A stretch of 64,000 nucleotides of DNA from Andalucia godoyi And28 (GCA_009859145.1 VRVR01000006.1:62001-126000); one strand, 5' to 3'. Counted from the stretch's first letter, positions 22,652-34,247 are shown. The notes: generated by a model not told the origin, from the sequence alone. Made by a program: numbers and translations.

Positions 22652-23065
22652 TGCTCAACGTGACGCAGATTGCTTAAAATGTTGGAGTGTGTCTTTTCCT
22701 GCTTGCTTGTTTGTTTAGTGTCTTGAATCAAAAATCTATAAAATTAAGCACTGCTGCTGCTATATTCTCCAAGGGCTCGTTCTCGTCTCGGAAAGTGCTC
22801 CGAGGCAAATGTCTGCGTCGACGGCTGTCAACAGCATACCGGGCATCTCACTTGAGCCTTGAGGCAAAACCCCATGCAACAGTCCCGCTTTTTCTTTGAC
22901 ATTATGACAGCATGTTTGAAAAGTACTCGTTGTTCCTTTCAAAAGAGTTTTTGTTGGAGTTTTTTTTATTCGTTCGGCTTTGGATTGCGATTTTGTTGCA
23001 CGGTTTGAACGTTCAGACGCTTTCTCTTACGTGGAATACGAAACGGATAAGGTTTCCTCCTCCCC

Positions 23066-25915
23066 ATGTCAAATCCAAATCCGTTTTCGTTTCCATCTGG
23101 AAGCGGTGGAGCGCCTGCTAATCCATTTACGTCGTTTGGACAAGCTGCGGCGCAGTCACAACCTCTGGGATCCAGTGCTGCCCCCGCACCCGCATTCGGT
23201 ATTGGATCGTTTGGTCAACCAGGTCAACAAGGTCAGCAGCCTCAAAGTAGCCAAGCACTTTCGTTTGGAAGTACTGGTGCGTTTGGTCAACTTTCTCAGA
23301 CTCCACAAGGCAATCAAACACCCTCATTCGGTTCATTTGGACTCGGTGGACAACCGGCTCAGGGCGGATCAGCTGGTGCTAATACAGCTGCGACTCCGTC
23401 TTTTGGAACAGCTGGTGCTTTTGGTCTGTCTTCGAAGCCGCAGGCAACCAACGCGCCGTCTGGGTTCGGCGGCTTTGGGCAGCCAGCATCCCAGGCACAG
23501 CCTTCACAAACGACAAGCACGGTGCCGTCTGGGTTCGGCGGCTTTGGGCAGCCAGCATCCCAGGCACAGCCTTCACAAACGACAAGCACGGCGCCGTCTG
23601 GGTTCGGATCTGCGGGTTCTGTGCGACCTTTCAGTGCACCGATTAGCACAACGATTGGTTCTGTTGGACAGCAAACCCCTGTTGTTCCTGGGGTGTCTGC
23701 TACCTCTGCGCCGTCCGTCTTCGGCGGTTTCGGAACTGCAGCACCGTCGTCCACCGGATTTTCGCTTGGAGGAGCACCAACCGCCGCTGCGGCTCCGTCA
23801 ACTGGTGCATTTGCATCGTTCGATGCAAATGCAGTGGTGTCTGCCATGAGTGGCCCCGTATCTGCTGTTCCAACTGGTACTGCGGCTCCTTCCAAGGCTC
23901 CGACTCCCAGCGGGTTTAATATTGGAAATAGCCTCACCTCAGGTGCGCCGCCATCTTCATCTTCAGCCGGGGCACCCACCAACCTGCAACAATCTGCTGG
24001 CTCTACTGCTGCCGCAAATCCAGCCACAACGACAAGCGGTCAAAATTCCAGTGGTTCGTTTTCCTTCTCGACTTCAACTGCAGGCGTTCCGTCTGCTGGC
24101 TTCTCATTTCCAGGAATCTCTGGTCCCGCAACCTCTGCGACGGCTGCATCGGCTGCACCTGGTGATTCTCGCAAAGTTTCCGAGAGTACTGTGAGCGCTC
24201 CCTCGACTGCTTTTTCGATACCATCTTCCTCATCGGCGCACTCCTCTTCTGCAGTACCATCAACGATGCCAGTAAGCTCGGCTACCACCAGCTTGACGTT
24301 TCCGATCCCGTCTTTGGGACAATCGGCAACGACGACAACGCCATCCGCATCTGTTCCTGCGTCCTCCACAAGCGGTACAGCCCCGAACACCACAGTCCCA
24401 TCAGCAACGGCGACTTCCGTCGCCTCTGGACAGGCTGCGGCCAGTGGTTCAATTGCGCATTTGCCGAATGCGGGCCCTGTGGCTCCCATTTATGAGCTTG
24501 CAAAAAATTTAGACACTAATTGGAACGGGGATACGCGAGTTGAAGACGTTATCAAAGATCAAAAGTATGCAAATTTGAAGCGTTTCTTGGAGGCATTTTT
24601 GCAGCAACGCAAGGCTGTGAAGCAAGAACAAGAAGAGGTCCGAAAGTCGTTCAAGAAAGCAACCGAAAATCACCTTCGATTTAAGGCGTCGTTCGCCATT
24701 CTGGAGCATGTCACGCACGAACTGCAGGCGAATGTGAAACAAGCGAACAGCATGTTTGCGGAAATCAAGGAGCAGATGGCAAGACTCTTCGAAATCGCAG
24801 AGTATATTCGTGCTGATATTCCATTTATGCACCAGCAAACTGTGGATCCGTACAACAGGAACACAGTCTTTGTGGTGTCCAATCCTTTGGAACGCGAACT
24901 CGGGGAGACGTATTTTAAGTTTTTGTCAGCGCAGACAGAAGAGTTTTCTCACCGAATCCTCCGCGTCCAATCGTATATTTCGTCTTTGAATGATCTTCTC
25001 GTTGTTTCCAAGGAAGATGGATCGTCTGTTGTGCCGTCTGAGCCTCCTGCTCAGATGGTCCGCACCATTCTGAGAAGAATTTTCTCCGAATTCACGTACA
25101 TTGCAGATCATTATGCGGTCACGCACGCTGAGATTGCCCGAGTGAAAGGTCTTTTCTTGGAATGGTGGAAGAGCCGGAATCCGCGTGCTGCTCGGGATCC
25201 TTTTGAAGCGCATGCCCGGAAAGTTGAAGAGGAAAAAATTGCAAAGCAACATCGTGAGCTGGACTTTGCCTTTGCGCAACAGCAGCAGCGAGCTGCAGCT
25301 TCGATGGGATTCAATCCGGTGGCCACAGGTCCAGCCAATGGTGCACGAGGATTCGCATTTGGAGGTGCTGCTGGTTTCGGAGGGATGGGCATGAACAATA
25401 CTGGGGTCAACAGGACTACAAACGCGATGGGCAACGCAGCCCCGACTGGCTTGTCTTTTGGTGCATTCGGTGGCGCACCTGCTCAGCCGGCATCGGGTGG
25501 GTTTGGTGCATTCGGTGGCGCACCTGCACAGCCAGCATCGGGCGGGTTCGGTGCATTTGGTGGCGCACCTGCACAGCCAGCATCGGGCGGGTTCGGTGCA
25601 TTTGGTGGCGCACCTGCTCAGCCGGCATCGGGTGGGTTTGGTGCATTTGGTGGCGCACCTGCTCAGCCGGCATCGGGTGGGTTTGGTGCATTTGGTGGCG
25701 CACCTGCTCAGCCGGCATCGGGTGGGTTCGGTGCATTTGGTGGCGCACCTGCTCAGCCGGCATCGGGCGGGTTCGGTGCATTTGGTGGCGCACCTGCTCA
25801 GCCGGCATCGGGTGGGTTTGGTGCATTTGGTGGCGCACTTGCACAGCCGGCATCCGGTGGGTTCGGTGCATTTGGTGGCGCTGGTTCTCGTCCAACTACT
25901 TTGGGACAAAGATGA
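23066..25915 (+). CDS. FG-repeat nucleoporin with central coiled coil and FG repeats at both termini (Nup58/Nup49-like)
   Basis: N-terminal FG/SFG repeats, S/T/A-rich linker, helical core (about aa 480-720) and C-terminal GGFGAFGG repeats. Confidence 0.8.
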   Translation: MSNPNPFSFPSGSGGAPANPFTSFGQAAAQSQPLGSSAAPAPAFGIGSFGQPGQQGQQPQSSQALSFGSTGAFGQLSQTPQGNQTPSFGSFGLGGQPAQGGSAGANTAATPSFGTAGAFGLSSKPQATNAPSGFGGFGQPASQAQPSQTTSTVPSGFGGFGQPASQAQPSQTTSTAPSGFGSAGSVRPFSAPISTTIGSVGQQTPVVPGVSATSAPSVFGGFGTAAPSSTGFSLGGAPTAAAAPSTGAFASFDANAVVSAMSGPVSAVPTGTAAPSKAPTPSGFNIGNSLTSGAPPSSSSAGAPTNLQQSAGSTAAANPATTTSGQNSSGSFSFSTSTAGVPSAGFSFPGISGPATSATAASAAPGDSRKVSESTVSAPSTAFSIPSSSSAHSSSAVPSTMPVSSATTSLTFPIPSLGQSATTTTPSASVPASSTSGTAPNTTVPSATATSVASGQAAASGSIAHLPNAGPVAPIYELAKNLDTNWNGDTRVEDVIKDQKYANLKRFLEAFLQQRKAVKQEQEEVRKSFKKATENHLRFKASFAILEHVTHELQANVKQANSMFAEIKEQMARLFEIAEYIRADIPFMHQQTVDPYNRNTVFVVSNPLERELGETYFKFLSAQTEEFSHRILRVQSYISSLNDLLVVSKEDGSSVVPSEPPAQMVRTILRRIFSEFTYIADHYAVTHAEIARVKGLFLEWWKSRNPRAARDPFEAHARKVEEEKIAKQHRELDFAFAQQQQRAAASMGFNPVATGPANGARGFAFGGAAGFGGMGMNNTGVNRTTNAMGNAAPTGLSFGAFGGAPAQPASGGFGAFGGAPAQPASGGFGAFGGAPAQPASGGFGAFGGAPAQPASGGFGAFGGAPAQPASGGFGAFGGAPAQPASGGFGAFGGAPAQPASGGFGAFGGAPAQPASGGFGAFGGALAQPASGGFGAFGGAGSRPTTLGQR
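25455..25880 (+). repeat. 45-bp coding tandem repeat, about 9.5 units (GGFGAFGGAPAQPAS)
   Basis: Near-identical 45-nt units differing mainly at synonymous sites. Confidence 0.95.
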
Positions 25916-26032
25916 CGAGAGAAAACCCCTTTCATGCTGATGATCTATCTTGTTTTTCGCTTTATTAAAAGAAATATGAAATATGCAAAACGTACAAACA
26001 CACAGAGATTCTTTTCATCGGCGGCACTGCAG

Positions 26033-27751
26033 TTAATGGGAACTCGGTGAAGCAGCCGAAGCAAGGGACATGGAAGACAAGTTGGCAGAAGCCGATCGAT
26101 TCAACTTCATGTGCGATCTCAGCAAGTGGCCAGCTGCCAAGGCGCTCATCAAACTCAATTCTCCAGCCATAACAGAGGCGCAAACGAGTCTTGCAAGGCG
26201 CTCGGCATTGGCTCCTGGTTTATCAGGATTGGATCCCTTACATCCAATGAGGTCAAGGCATGCAGACTGGCCGTCCAGGAATGTGCCACCCCCCACAGTT
26301 CCGACCTCGATGGAAGGCATTGTGCACGAAATCCACAGATCCTCACCCGTTTCGCCCCATGGCTCCATCAGCGTCATGCAGTTCGAGGACTCAACATTCT
26401 GCGCAGGGTCCTGTCCGCAAGCCAGGTATACGGCCGAAACAATATTCGCGGCATGGGCATTAAATCCACCAATCGAGCCGGCCATGGCAGACCCGATCAT
26501 GTTCTTTGATACGTTAACTTCGCACAACGCTTCAGCAGTTGTCTTGAGCACGTCCTTGACAATCGCTGCAGGAATGATCGCTTCTGCCACCACGGATTTT
26601 CCTCTGCCATCGATCCAATTGATTGCAGCAGGCTTCTTGTCCGTGCAAAAGTTTCCAGAGATTGCGAGAAGATCCACATCCGGGAAGTGCCCCTGGATCA
26701 GTTCGATTGCTTGTGTTACACCCTTTGTGATCATGTTCATACCCATTGCATCACCAGTCCGTGACCGGAAACGCAAGAACACCCTCCGGCCTGCAACACT
26801 GACCTTGATCGAGCTCAAACGAGCAAATCGCGAGGTTGAATTGAACGCACCTTCTAGCTGAGCATAATTCACATGATCCTCGATCCATTCCTTGAGCTCC
26901 GCAGCTCGCTTGACAGACGGCGCACGCATTACAGGCCCACGGGTCATTCCATCATCCAAAAAGACCGTCGTCGCTCCGCCGCCCGCGTTGATGGCCTTAC
27001 AGCCACGGTGCGTCGAGGCAACCAGGCAGCCCTCCGTGGTCGCCATAGGGACGAAAATCTCTGATCCATCCATAATCAACGGTCCAGCAACACCAACCGG
27101 AAGAGGCACATATCCAATCACATTCTCACAGCACGCCCCCAGAACCAGGTCCCAATTGTACTCTTCATACGGCAACTTGGCAAGCAGATTCTTCTGTTCC
27201 GATCCCCCAGCCTGGATATTCACCACCTGTCGACGCACGCTTACCGCCCGTGTGCAATCTCCCAGATCCTTCTCCAGACGGTAGCCCGGAATCTTTCCTG
27301 CCAGCACCGCAGCCACGATTTCCTCATCACCCGCACCGAGCCCAGGTGCAACGGAGATCTTACGCTTTCCAGCATTCGCAGATCCATTCACAGACCCGTT
27401 ATCCGAGTCCGCGGACTTTTCGTTTTCACGCTTCACAGAAGAAAAAGAAGAAGCATCGCTGCCTTTTGTCGATCCAGAGGCGAGCTTCACAGACACGCCC
27501 TTCTCCTTCTCCTCGTGAGAAGCCCCAGATGCCGCCGCCGCCGCCGACGACGACGACGAGGAGGAGGAGGTGGTGGATTGCTTGGACTCGTTCTTCGGAT
27601 CTACTTTGAATCGAAGAGACGTCCCGTAAGATCCAGCAACAGACGACGACCCAAACGAAAACAAATTGTTATCAAACAGCGGAACAAGAAACTTGGATCG
27701 CTTCAGCGAAAATCCCCATGAAAACAAAGGCGTGTATTCCCGAACAGACAT
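26033..27751 (-). CDS. HMGCR: Class I HMG-CoA reductase, catalytic domain without a multi-pass membrane anchor
   Basis: [38 protein letters not shown] and GTVGGGT motifs. Confidence 0.97.
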   Translation of the reverse strand: MSVREYTPLFSWGFSLKRSKFLVPLFDNNLFSFGSSSVAGSYGTSLRFKVDPKNESKQSTTSSSSSSSSAAAAASGASHEEKEKGVSVKLASGSTKGSDASSFSSVKRENEKSADSDNGSVNGSANAGKRKISVAPGLGAGDEEIVAAVLAGKIPGYRLEKDLGDCTRAVSVRRQVVNIQAGGSEQKNLLAKLPYEEYNWDLVLGACCENVIGYVPLPVGVAGPLIMDGSEIFVPMATTEGCLVASTHRGCKAINAGGGATTVFLDDGMTRGPVMRAPSVKRAAELKEWIEDHVNYAQLEGAFNSTSRFARLSSIKVSVAGRRVFLRFRSRTGDAMGMNMITKGVTQAIELIQGHFPDVDLLAISGNFCTDKKPAAINWIDGRGKSVVAEAIIPAAIVKDVLKTTAEALCEVNVSKNMIGSAMAGSIGGFNAHAANIVSAVYLACGQDPAQNVESSNCMTLMEPWGETGEDLWISCTMPSIEVGTVGGGTFLDGQSACLDLIGCKGSNPDKPGANAERLARLVCASVMAGELSLMSALAAGHLLRSHMKLNRSASANLSSMSLASAASPSSH

Positions 27752-27867
27752 TTTTTTTCTTGCGTACCTACGTGTGTATATCTGTATGTGCGTCTGTATG
27801 TATAAAAAGTGAAAAGGATTTTTTTAAAATAAAATAAAATAAAATAAAAAAGCGGATTGATGAGTTA

Positions 27868-27868
27868 A

Positions 27869-27910
<42 letters not shown>
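27868..27910. repeat. (TAA)n microsatellite
   Basis: Perfect TAA run in the intergenic region. Confidence 0.95.
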
Positions 27911-27912
<2 letters not shown>

Positions 27913-28289
27913 GAAATGGAAAAAATAATGAGAATAGACGAAGCGGGAAAACCAATCCACAAGCAAAGCAGTACAATACAGAACAGTAATGCAGAACAAA
28001 CCAAAACAAAAACAAAAAGACGTGGGGGGGAAAAGCGGAGTTGCGACGAGCAGTGCAGTGGCATCAATTGATTCACACAATAGAAAAATGATGGGGGATG
28101 AGCTTGAAAAGCCCGAAATTCCCCGACAGGAAATCTCCGCAAGGGAAATCCTGTAGAGAACGTGTTTTTCTTTTTGCGATCTGCCAACCTTGCGCGCTGT
28201 TGTTTTTGCTGTGTGTGGATGTACGCGACTGCAAGAAAAGAAAAGGAGAAAAAGAAAAAGAAAGAAAAAGTAGAACAAGAGAAAGAAAC

Positions 28290-29684
28290 ATGAATAGAGA
28301 TCTGGTGTTGGGATTGGTCTTGGTGTTTGGATTGCTTTCAGCGTGCAGATGTTCCATTGCGCGACTCAATGCGAATGAGACAAAGACCGACAATTACATT
28401 CCTGTTTTTGTAATGCTTCCGCTGGACACTGTCCAGCCCGATGGATCTGTGAAGAACATCAATGCTTTGCTGCAGCAGTTTCTGCAGCTGCGAACTGCCG
28501 GTGTCGACGGGGTCAACACAGACATATGGTGGGGAGTTGTGGAGCGAAAAGGACCAAAGCAGTATGACTGGAGCAGCTACTCAACCCTGTTTACTGCTGC
28601 TCAAAAGGCCGATCTTAAGGTGCATGTCGTCATGTCGTTTCATCAGTGTGGAGGGAATGTAGGAGATACGTGCGACATTCCGCTGCCGATGTGGGTCCGC
28701 AATGTCGGAAACACCAATCCATCGATCTACTACAATGATCAGAATAAGCACGTGGATGAGGAGTACTTGTCTCTTGGAATTGATCATGTACCGGTGCTCT
28801 TGAATCGTTCTGCGGTTCAGGTCTACTCGGACTTCATGGCATCGTTCGCCGATACGTTCAGTTCCCTGCTTGGAACCTTGATCGCGGACGTGGAAGTCGG
28901 GCTTGGACCAGCTGGCGAGCTCCGGTATCCGTCCTACCAGCTCGATATGTGGCAGTTCCCGGGAGTCGGAGCATTCCAGTGCTATGATTCATACATGGCT
29001 GCCGATTTGGCGCAGGCTGCATGCGACGTCGGTCACTGTGAATGGGGCCATGCAGGACCGAACAATGCCGGGTACTACAATTCTCAGCCGTCGAATGCAC
29101 CGTTCTTCCAGGATAACCAGCCGAACAACTACGCGTCCGATTACGGAAAGTTTTTTTTGAATTGGTATTCTCAGAAACTGATTGACCATGGCGACTCTAT
29201 TCTGCAGCAAGCTCAGAATATCTTCGCGAAGTTCAGCAATGTCGAAGTGTACGGAAAGGTCGCAGGAATCCACTGGTGGTACAAGACGAACTCGCATGCT
29301 GCAGAACTCACTGCAGGGTACTGGAATACAGACTATCGAGATGGATACATGCCCATCGTCCAGATGTTCAAGCAGAATCACGCAGCGCTCGACTTTACGT
29401 GTTTGGAAATGCGAGACTCGGAACAGGGCACCGGAGATTGCGGGCCCGAAGAACTTGTGCACCAAGTCGCCAGCGATGCATTCCAAGGTGGAATCCACAT
29501 TGCCGGAGAGAATGCGCTTGCACGCTTCGATCAAACTGCATATTCCGAAATTGAGCATCAGTGTGTTTCTAACGGAGGCGTCTTTAGTTGCTTTACCTAC
29601 CTCCGTCTTTCGGACTATCTCATCAATGACCAAGGTACGTGGAATACATTCAAGCAGTTTGTCAATCAAATGCACAATATGTGA
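28290..29684 (+). CDS. Secreted beta-amylase (GH14)
   Basis: Signal peptide MNRDLVLGLVLVFGLLSAC; VFVMLPLD, WWGVVE, SFHQCGGNVGD, GPAGELRYPSY (catalytic E), GIHWWY, FTCLEM and GENAL (catalytic E). Confidence 0.95.
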   Translation: MNRDLVLGLVLVFGLLSACRCSIARLNANETKTDNYIPVFVMLPLDTVQPDGSVKNINALLQQFLQLRTAGVDGVNTDIWWGVVERKGPKQYDWSSYSTLFTAAQKADLKVHVVMSFHQCGGNVGDTCDIPLPMWVRNVGNTNPSIYYNDQNKHVDEEYLSLGIDHVPVLLNRSAVQVYSDFMASFADTFSSLLGTLIADVEVGLGPAGELRYPSYQLDMWQFPGVGAFQCYDSYMAADLAQAACDVGHCEWGHAGPNNAGYYNSQPSNAPFFQDNQPNNYASDYGKFFLNWYSQKLIDHGDSILQQAQNIFAKFSNVEVYGKVAGIHWWYKTNSHAAELTAGYWNTDYRDGYMPIVQMFKQNHAALDFTCLEMRDSEQGTGDCGPEELVHQVASDAFQGGIHIAGENALARFDQTAYSEIEHQCVSNGGVFSCFTYLRLSDYLINDQGTWNTFKQFVNQMHNM

Positions 29685-29752
29685 TTTTCGCCTCGGCCTT
29701 TTTGGCTGTTTTATCGATCGACGTGAATTCCGGTGCCAGCTTCAGAAGTTCG

Positions 29753-31805
29753 CTAGCTGGGCATAGAACCGTTTCCGTCGCTCCTCCTCTTTTTCCTTTC
29801 TTCAATTGAATAAAATTGCGCTTCCGCCATTTTGCCTTTTCGCTTTCCGGATCTTGAGTGCCTCTGGCCGTCATCAAACAGAATGTTCGGGCGACGACTC
29901 GCAGACACGGGGGCGCTAAAACCGTGCATTGGCGCGACATCCAACCATCTTTGCTGTTGTTGTTCATCACCGTAGTCCTCGTCGTCGTCAGCAAATCGCT
30001 CGTCGCCGACATTGCGGCTGTCGCGGTCCTCATGAATACCCTCGGCTGGCGATTCTCCGCATCGGTCGGGTGTGCACGTCGTTTTCTCTGTAGGATCAGC
30101 GTGCAGATCGCACATGGGTGGAACAAGTGCGGCCTGATCGGTCAAGAACCGTAGACACACAGCGAGACTGGTCTGGAAAACAGAGCGCTTGACATCCGAC
30201 AGGTCCACTACCGGCATTCCATCGCCGTTGGCAGTGGGCGCAACACCTCGAAATTCGCCTTTAAGCCACGATGCACGATACTTGAGGAATGCAACGGACG
30301 ATTTCATCTTGTCATCGCAGGCATTTTCAAACAGCGTCCGGGCGCAAACATCAAAAGACTCTGCAAGAGAGTCCAGTACATGCCGAAACACGTCCTTGTC
30401 AATGTCGACGCACGGCGGACACTCAGCCGTTTCCAAGTCTGATCGCACGTGGGATTCCATGATGCCGCTGCCGGCGCAAGTCACCAGGCAATCCTTCTGC
30501 ATGAAAGACAGGCTATTGAGCGTTTCTCGAACCGAGGCATGGAGTCCTAATCTTGACTGAAGAGTTGGGCCTTCCGCGATGAACGTTACGCAGGGCACAT
30601 CTGGAACAATACGAACTCTGACTCGTCCGGGATGGAAAATCACAGACGAAGTGGAGGAAGTCCCAAGCCGGAGAGATTCCAGAGGAGCGCTGGAAAATGC
30701 CGCTGCAGTAGCAGCAACGCAGCCACTTCCATATACAATTCGATGAAAGGTAGGCTGCGGCACGCCGAACAACGTCATCAGTCCGTGTTCATGCAAACAC
30801 TCGCAAATGTCGGGCTCCACGCCTTGGCTGCACACGATGACTCTGACGTTGCAATCATGCAAGGCTTTAGACCGCGCTCGAATCGCTGTCATTGCAGTGC
30901 TTCGCAAGTGGCCAACGTCAGAGGGCGTCGCCGAAGCGATGCTTGCGAAGCAACTAATCAATGATATGCCCTCGGAGACACAAAGAATCTTGTGAGGATA
31001 GTCCATCACGACAGCAACATTAGGATGCACAAAGCTGTGAGGGAAGACGATTCCATGCTCAACTCCGAGAGAAGACGCAATGCCTTGCGTTACAAAGACA
31101 TCAAAAGATGCTGACACATGGAACGATTGTCCGTTTTGGACAAGAATCCGCATGATCTCCTGTGCGACGAGCTTTTACCCAAGACAAGAAGAAGATGAAG
31201 AAGAAGATGATGATGATGAACTCCAAAATATACATTATGAGTGCAGGGAGCCAACATCGATGAAGATCATGCTCATTTTTTTCATGTGCATGGCCAGTGT
31301 GAAAAAAACACAACCAAGAAACGCATACCTTTGACTTTGCATCGGTGGTCTTTGTGCGACAGATGCAGTACAGCAAACTCTGAACAGCTGATGTCCATTT
31401 CTCAGAGCCCTTTGCACACGAACTGGAGTGTCTTGCAACAATCGTTTCAATACTATCTTGAATATACTGAAGAACAAACCGAAGAGCAGACAGTGGAATT
31501 CCGGAGCGAACTAGACGGACACTCGTTGACATCAGGGACGAAGACAGAAGCATTGCAAGACTTGTTCCATCGCCTACTTTTCTCTGTAGGTCCTGCAAGT
31601 GTTCCAATAAGACGGGGTAACAAGGATGCTCAACACTCACATTCCGCAGCAATACAAACCCTTTTTTGCAGAAAATGCAATCGCCAGAAACGGGATGCAC
31701 GAGAGCATGCGGACGTCCAAAAGGTCCAAAGGTCGGGAGCACCAAGCTGGCTAATGATGCCAGCATAGCTGCGACCGATTCAAGCCCTGGCTGAACATGC
31801 ATCAA
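29753..31805 (-). CDS. BBS10: Divergent group II chaperonin-like BBSome assembly protein (BBS10-like), 2 exons
   Basis: GP.GR...G..LL....EHP...GDGT N-terminal equatorial motifs. Intron 31328-31160 (GTATGC..CAG) joins in frame to the 466-aa ORF containing an apical-like IVCSQGV segment. Confidence 0.7.
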
Positions 31806-32082
31806 TGATCAGTAACCCCTCCCGCCGTCTTGGTTCCGTCTGAACTACAAACTATGATCTATGAACCGATGGCAGATCCGCTTTCGGCCTTCCCTGCCAG
31901 ATTTTGAATGCTCAAGTTTTCAGACGAGAGACAAGCAAAAAATCACTCAAACTCGACTCGGGGAGCTGTCGAATCTCGGAAACGTGCGCTTTCTTTTTGC
32001 TTTCTTCCTCGCTCGGTTTTCCTGAAGTCTGCACACACACGGTCAGGTAAACTTGATTATTGTGTTGGACTGTCGCGGTGAG

Positions 32083-32258
32083 ATGACTCGCAACGTGCAG
32101 TTTCCGATAACCACCGAAAACCGTAATGTGTCGATTTGCGGAACAGACACTGAACTCTGCGTGTCTGTGTTTTCGAATTACGTGATGGTCAATGTTTCCC
32201 AGACTGGAAAACCCGGTGTCTTTGTATGCTTTCTCTGATTCGCATTGCCGTCGTTCTT

Positions 32259-32329
<71 letters not shown>

Positions 32330-32761
32330 GGATGATGATGATGATGGTGGTGGTGATGGTGGTGATGTGTATTCTGAGCGAACCGGTGATTCACAGAACA
32401 CAAAACAAACAAACAAATAACAACCAAACCCCCCCCAAAAAATTGCATTTTACATGTTAACAAATTGATGCAGGTCCACGCCACACCGGATAGCTCGTTT
32501 GAGGGAGAAACGACGTTTTCGATCTCGACGATACTTGGTGTACAGACCGACGAAGACGAGCTGTCTTCGTTGTTGGCTCGTCGGCTTGTGGAGCTGACAC
32601 ATTCAACAGGTCGGTCTCTGCTACTCACCGTCTCCGTTCGAGGAGTCACCAGAAGATCTCCCGAGTTTGATCGCAGTTTCCTCAGACAAGTAGGCCCGAT
32701 CTTTCACGAATGGCTTCCTTCACTCATCTCTTCAAAGTACGTACGACGACCTGAAATGTAA
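32083..32761 (+). CDS. PSMG3: Proteasome assembly chaperone 3, 2 exons
   Basis: QFPI...ICGT.T...F.N.V.V.VSQTGKPG | ...TILG...LLARRL...LLLTV. Intron 32224-32473 (GTATGC..CAG) contains (GTT)n. Confidence 0.8.
32258..32358. repeat. Intronic (GTT)n/(GAT)n/(GGT)n compound microsatellite
   Basis: Direct observation. Confidence 0.95.
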
Positions 32762-33211
32762 AAGGAAGCTTCCACTCATTCCAAGCAGAAGATGCGCACG
32801 CTGCGAAGCATCCTCCCCCGTCCCCCAAAAGAAAAAAGAAAGAAACAACATCCCAACTGCTATGTACATGGAGATATTTACTGCATCTTGGGAGGGAATA
32901 GCTTTCTACTCTCAACGGCAAACCCGAAACGACCGCGATGGCGCCGAGTGTGTGCCGAGGACAAAAACAAACTATGCCATCCAAGACACGGAATTGACGG
33001 TGGAAAACCGTCATAACGGAGGGTAAGAAGAATGTTACGAAATGCCAAGAGCACACGGGAACAAAGAGACGAGGAGGAGATGAAGATGAAACGTTGGGAG
33101 AGACTGTCATGGGATGAAACGGCTAATGAGAACGCTACGTACCTGCAGCTGTTCTTGAAGCGTTGATGAAGGAGGAAGGCGAGAGGTGGGTGAAAGGTGG
33201 ACGAGGAAGCA

Positions 33212-33802
33212 CTAGGCGGTCTTTTCGTCGAGGGCATCGTCATCTTCGTTCAACAAGTCCATGACTTCGTCGTAAAATTCTTTGGGTGGGTTATCTCTGC
33301 ACTGCAATCCTAGCTTGATGGCATCGGTAAAGACCTTGACGACATTTGTACCGTCCGATGCACTGACAAAAACAAACGGAAATCCATGTTTCTCAGCGAA
33401 CCCAAAGCTCTTCTGCGTGATCTTGTAGTCAAGATCAATCTTGTTTCCGACAACGATGCAAGGGATTCCTCTGCGGTACTCCATGAGCTCCTTGTACCAT
33501 TTCTCAAGGTTCTTGTACGTCACTTTGCGCGTTATGTCGAACACGAGAATGCAAATGTGCGCTCGATGGTAGTACGAAGGATGCACCTTGTTGAACCGCT
33601 CTTGTCCCGCTGTGTCCCAAAAGTCCACGTTCACTTCTTTTCCATCTAAATTCGCCTTGTACGAGAACAACGTCAGTGCATACGTCGAAAGCTGCTGTGG
33701 ATTGTACTGGTCCATCAAGAACCGTTCTACCAACTTGGATTTCCCAACTGCAGAATCACCACAAAGGATCACTTTCACAGCTTCTGAAGGAGCACTCGAC
33801 AT
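33212..33802 (-). CDS. RABL2: Rab-like 2 GTPase (IFT-associated)
   Basis: GDSAVGKSKLVERFL, STYALTL, DFWDTAGQERF, LVFD.TRK.TYKNL..WY.EL and NKID; no C-terminal prenylation Cys. Confidence 0.93.
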   Translation of the reverse strand: MSSAPSEAVKVILCGDSAVGKSKLVERFLMDQYNPQQLSTYALTLFSYKANLDGKEVNVDFWDTAGQERFNKVHPSYYHRAHICILVFDITRKVTYKNLEKWYKELMEYRRGIPCIVVGNKIDLDYKITQKSFGFAEKHGFPFVFVSASDGTNVVKVFTDAIKLGLQCRDNPPKEFYDEVMDLLNEDDDALDEKTA

Positions 33803-34209
33803 TTTCTTTTTCTCTTTTTCTTTTCCTGCTTTGTTGTGTTTGCTGTATCTCACCTCCTGTCTCTCTCTCTCTCTCTCACACTCACACTCACACACTCACA
33901 CAAACACACAAACACACGCTCACACACAAACACACGCTCACACACAAACACACGCTCACAGCGTCCACAAAAACTACAGAACTGAGAAAACAGAGAACAG
34001 AAACTGCAGAAGAAGAAGAGAGAAGGGGAAATGAAAGGGGGAAACGAAGCAACTCTAAAGTCCAATTTCCCAGAGAATGATTATGAGTTGATGCAAGGCT
34101 CCCTTCTCGGTCTGTCTGTCCAGCTTGTCTGCCTATTTCTGTGTGGCTTCTTGTGTCGTTTCGTTTTCGGTATTTTCTGTCGGAGAGTGCTAGGTGTGTT
34201 GGTGCAAGA

Positions 34210-34247
<38 letters not shown>

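Noticed and set aside
24926-25940. 45-bp repeat array as a CRISPR array, and the antisense/alternate-frame repeat ORFs
   Set aside because: Units are contiguous with no unique spacers and encode in-frame FG repeats of the nucleoporin. The other-frame ORFs are shadows.
31806-31990. Possible box C/D snoRNA or structured RNA between BBS10-like and PSMG3
   Set aside because: Only non-canonical C-box-like words and a short GGCAG/CTGCC stem; no recognisable rRNA antisense element.
32189-32649. Poly-T, poly-V, poly-L and poly-Q ORFs (also at 2217-2500, 27768-28278, 36862-37263 and 54416-55072)
   Set aside because: Translations of intronic or intergenic microsatellites, not genes.
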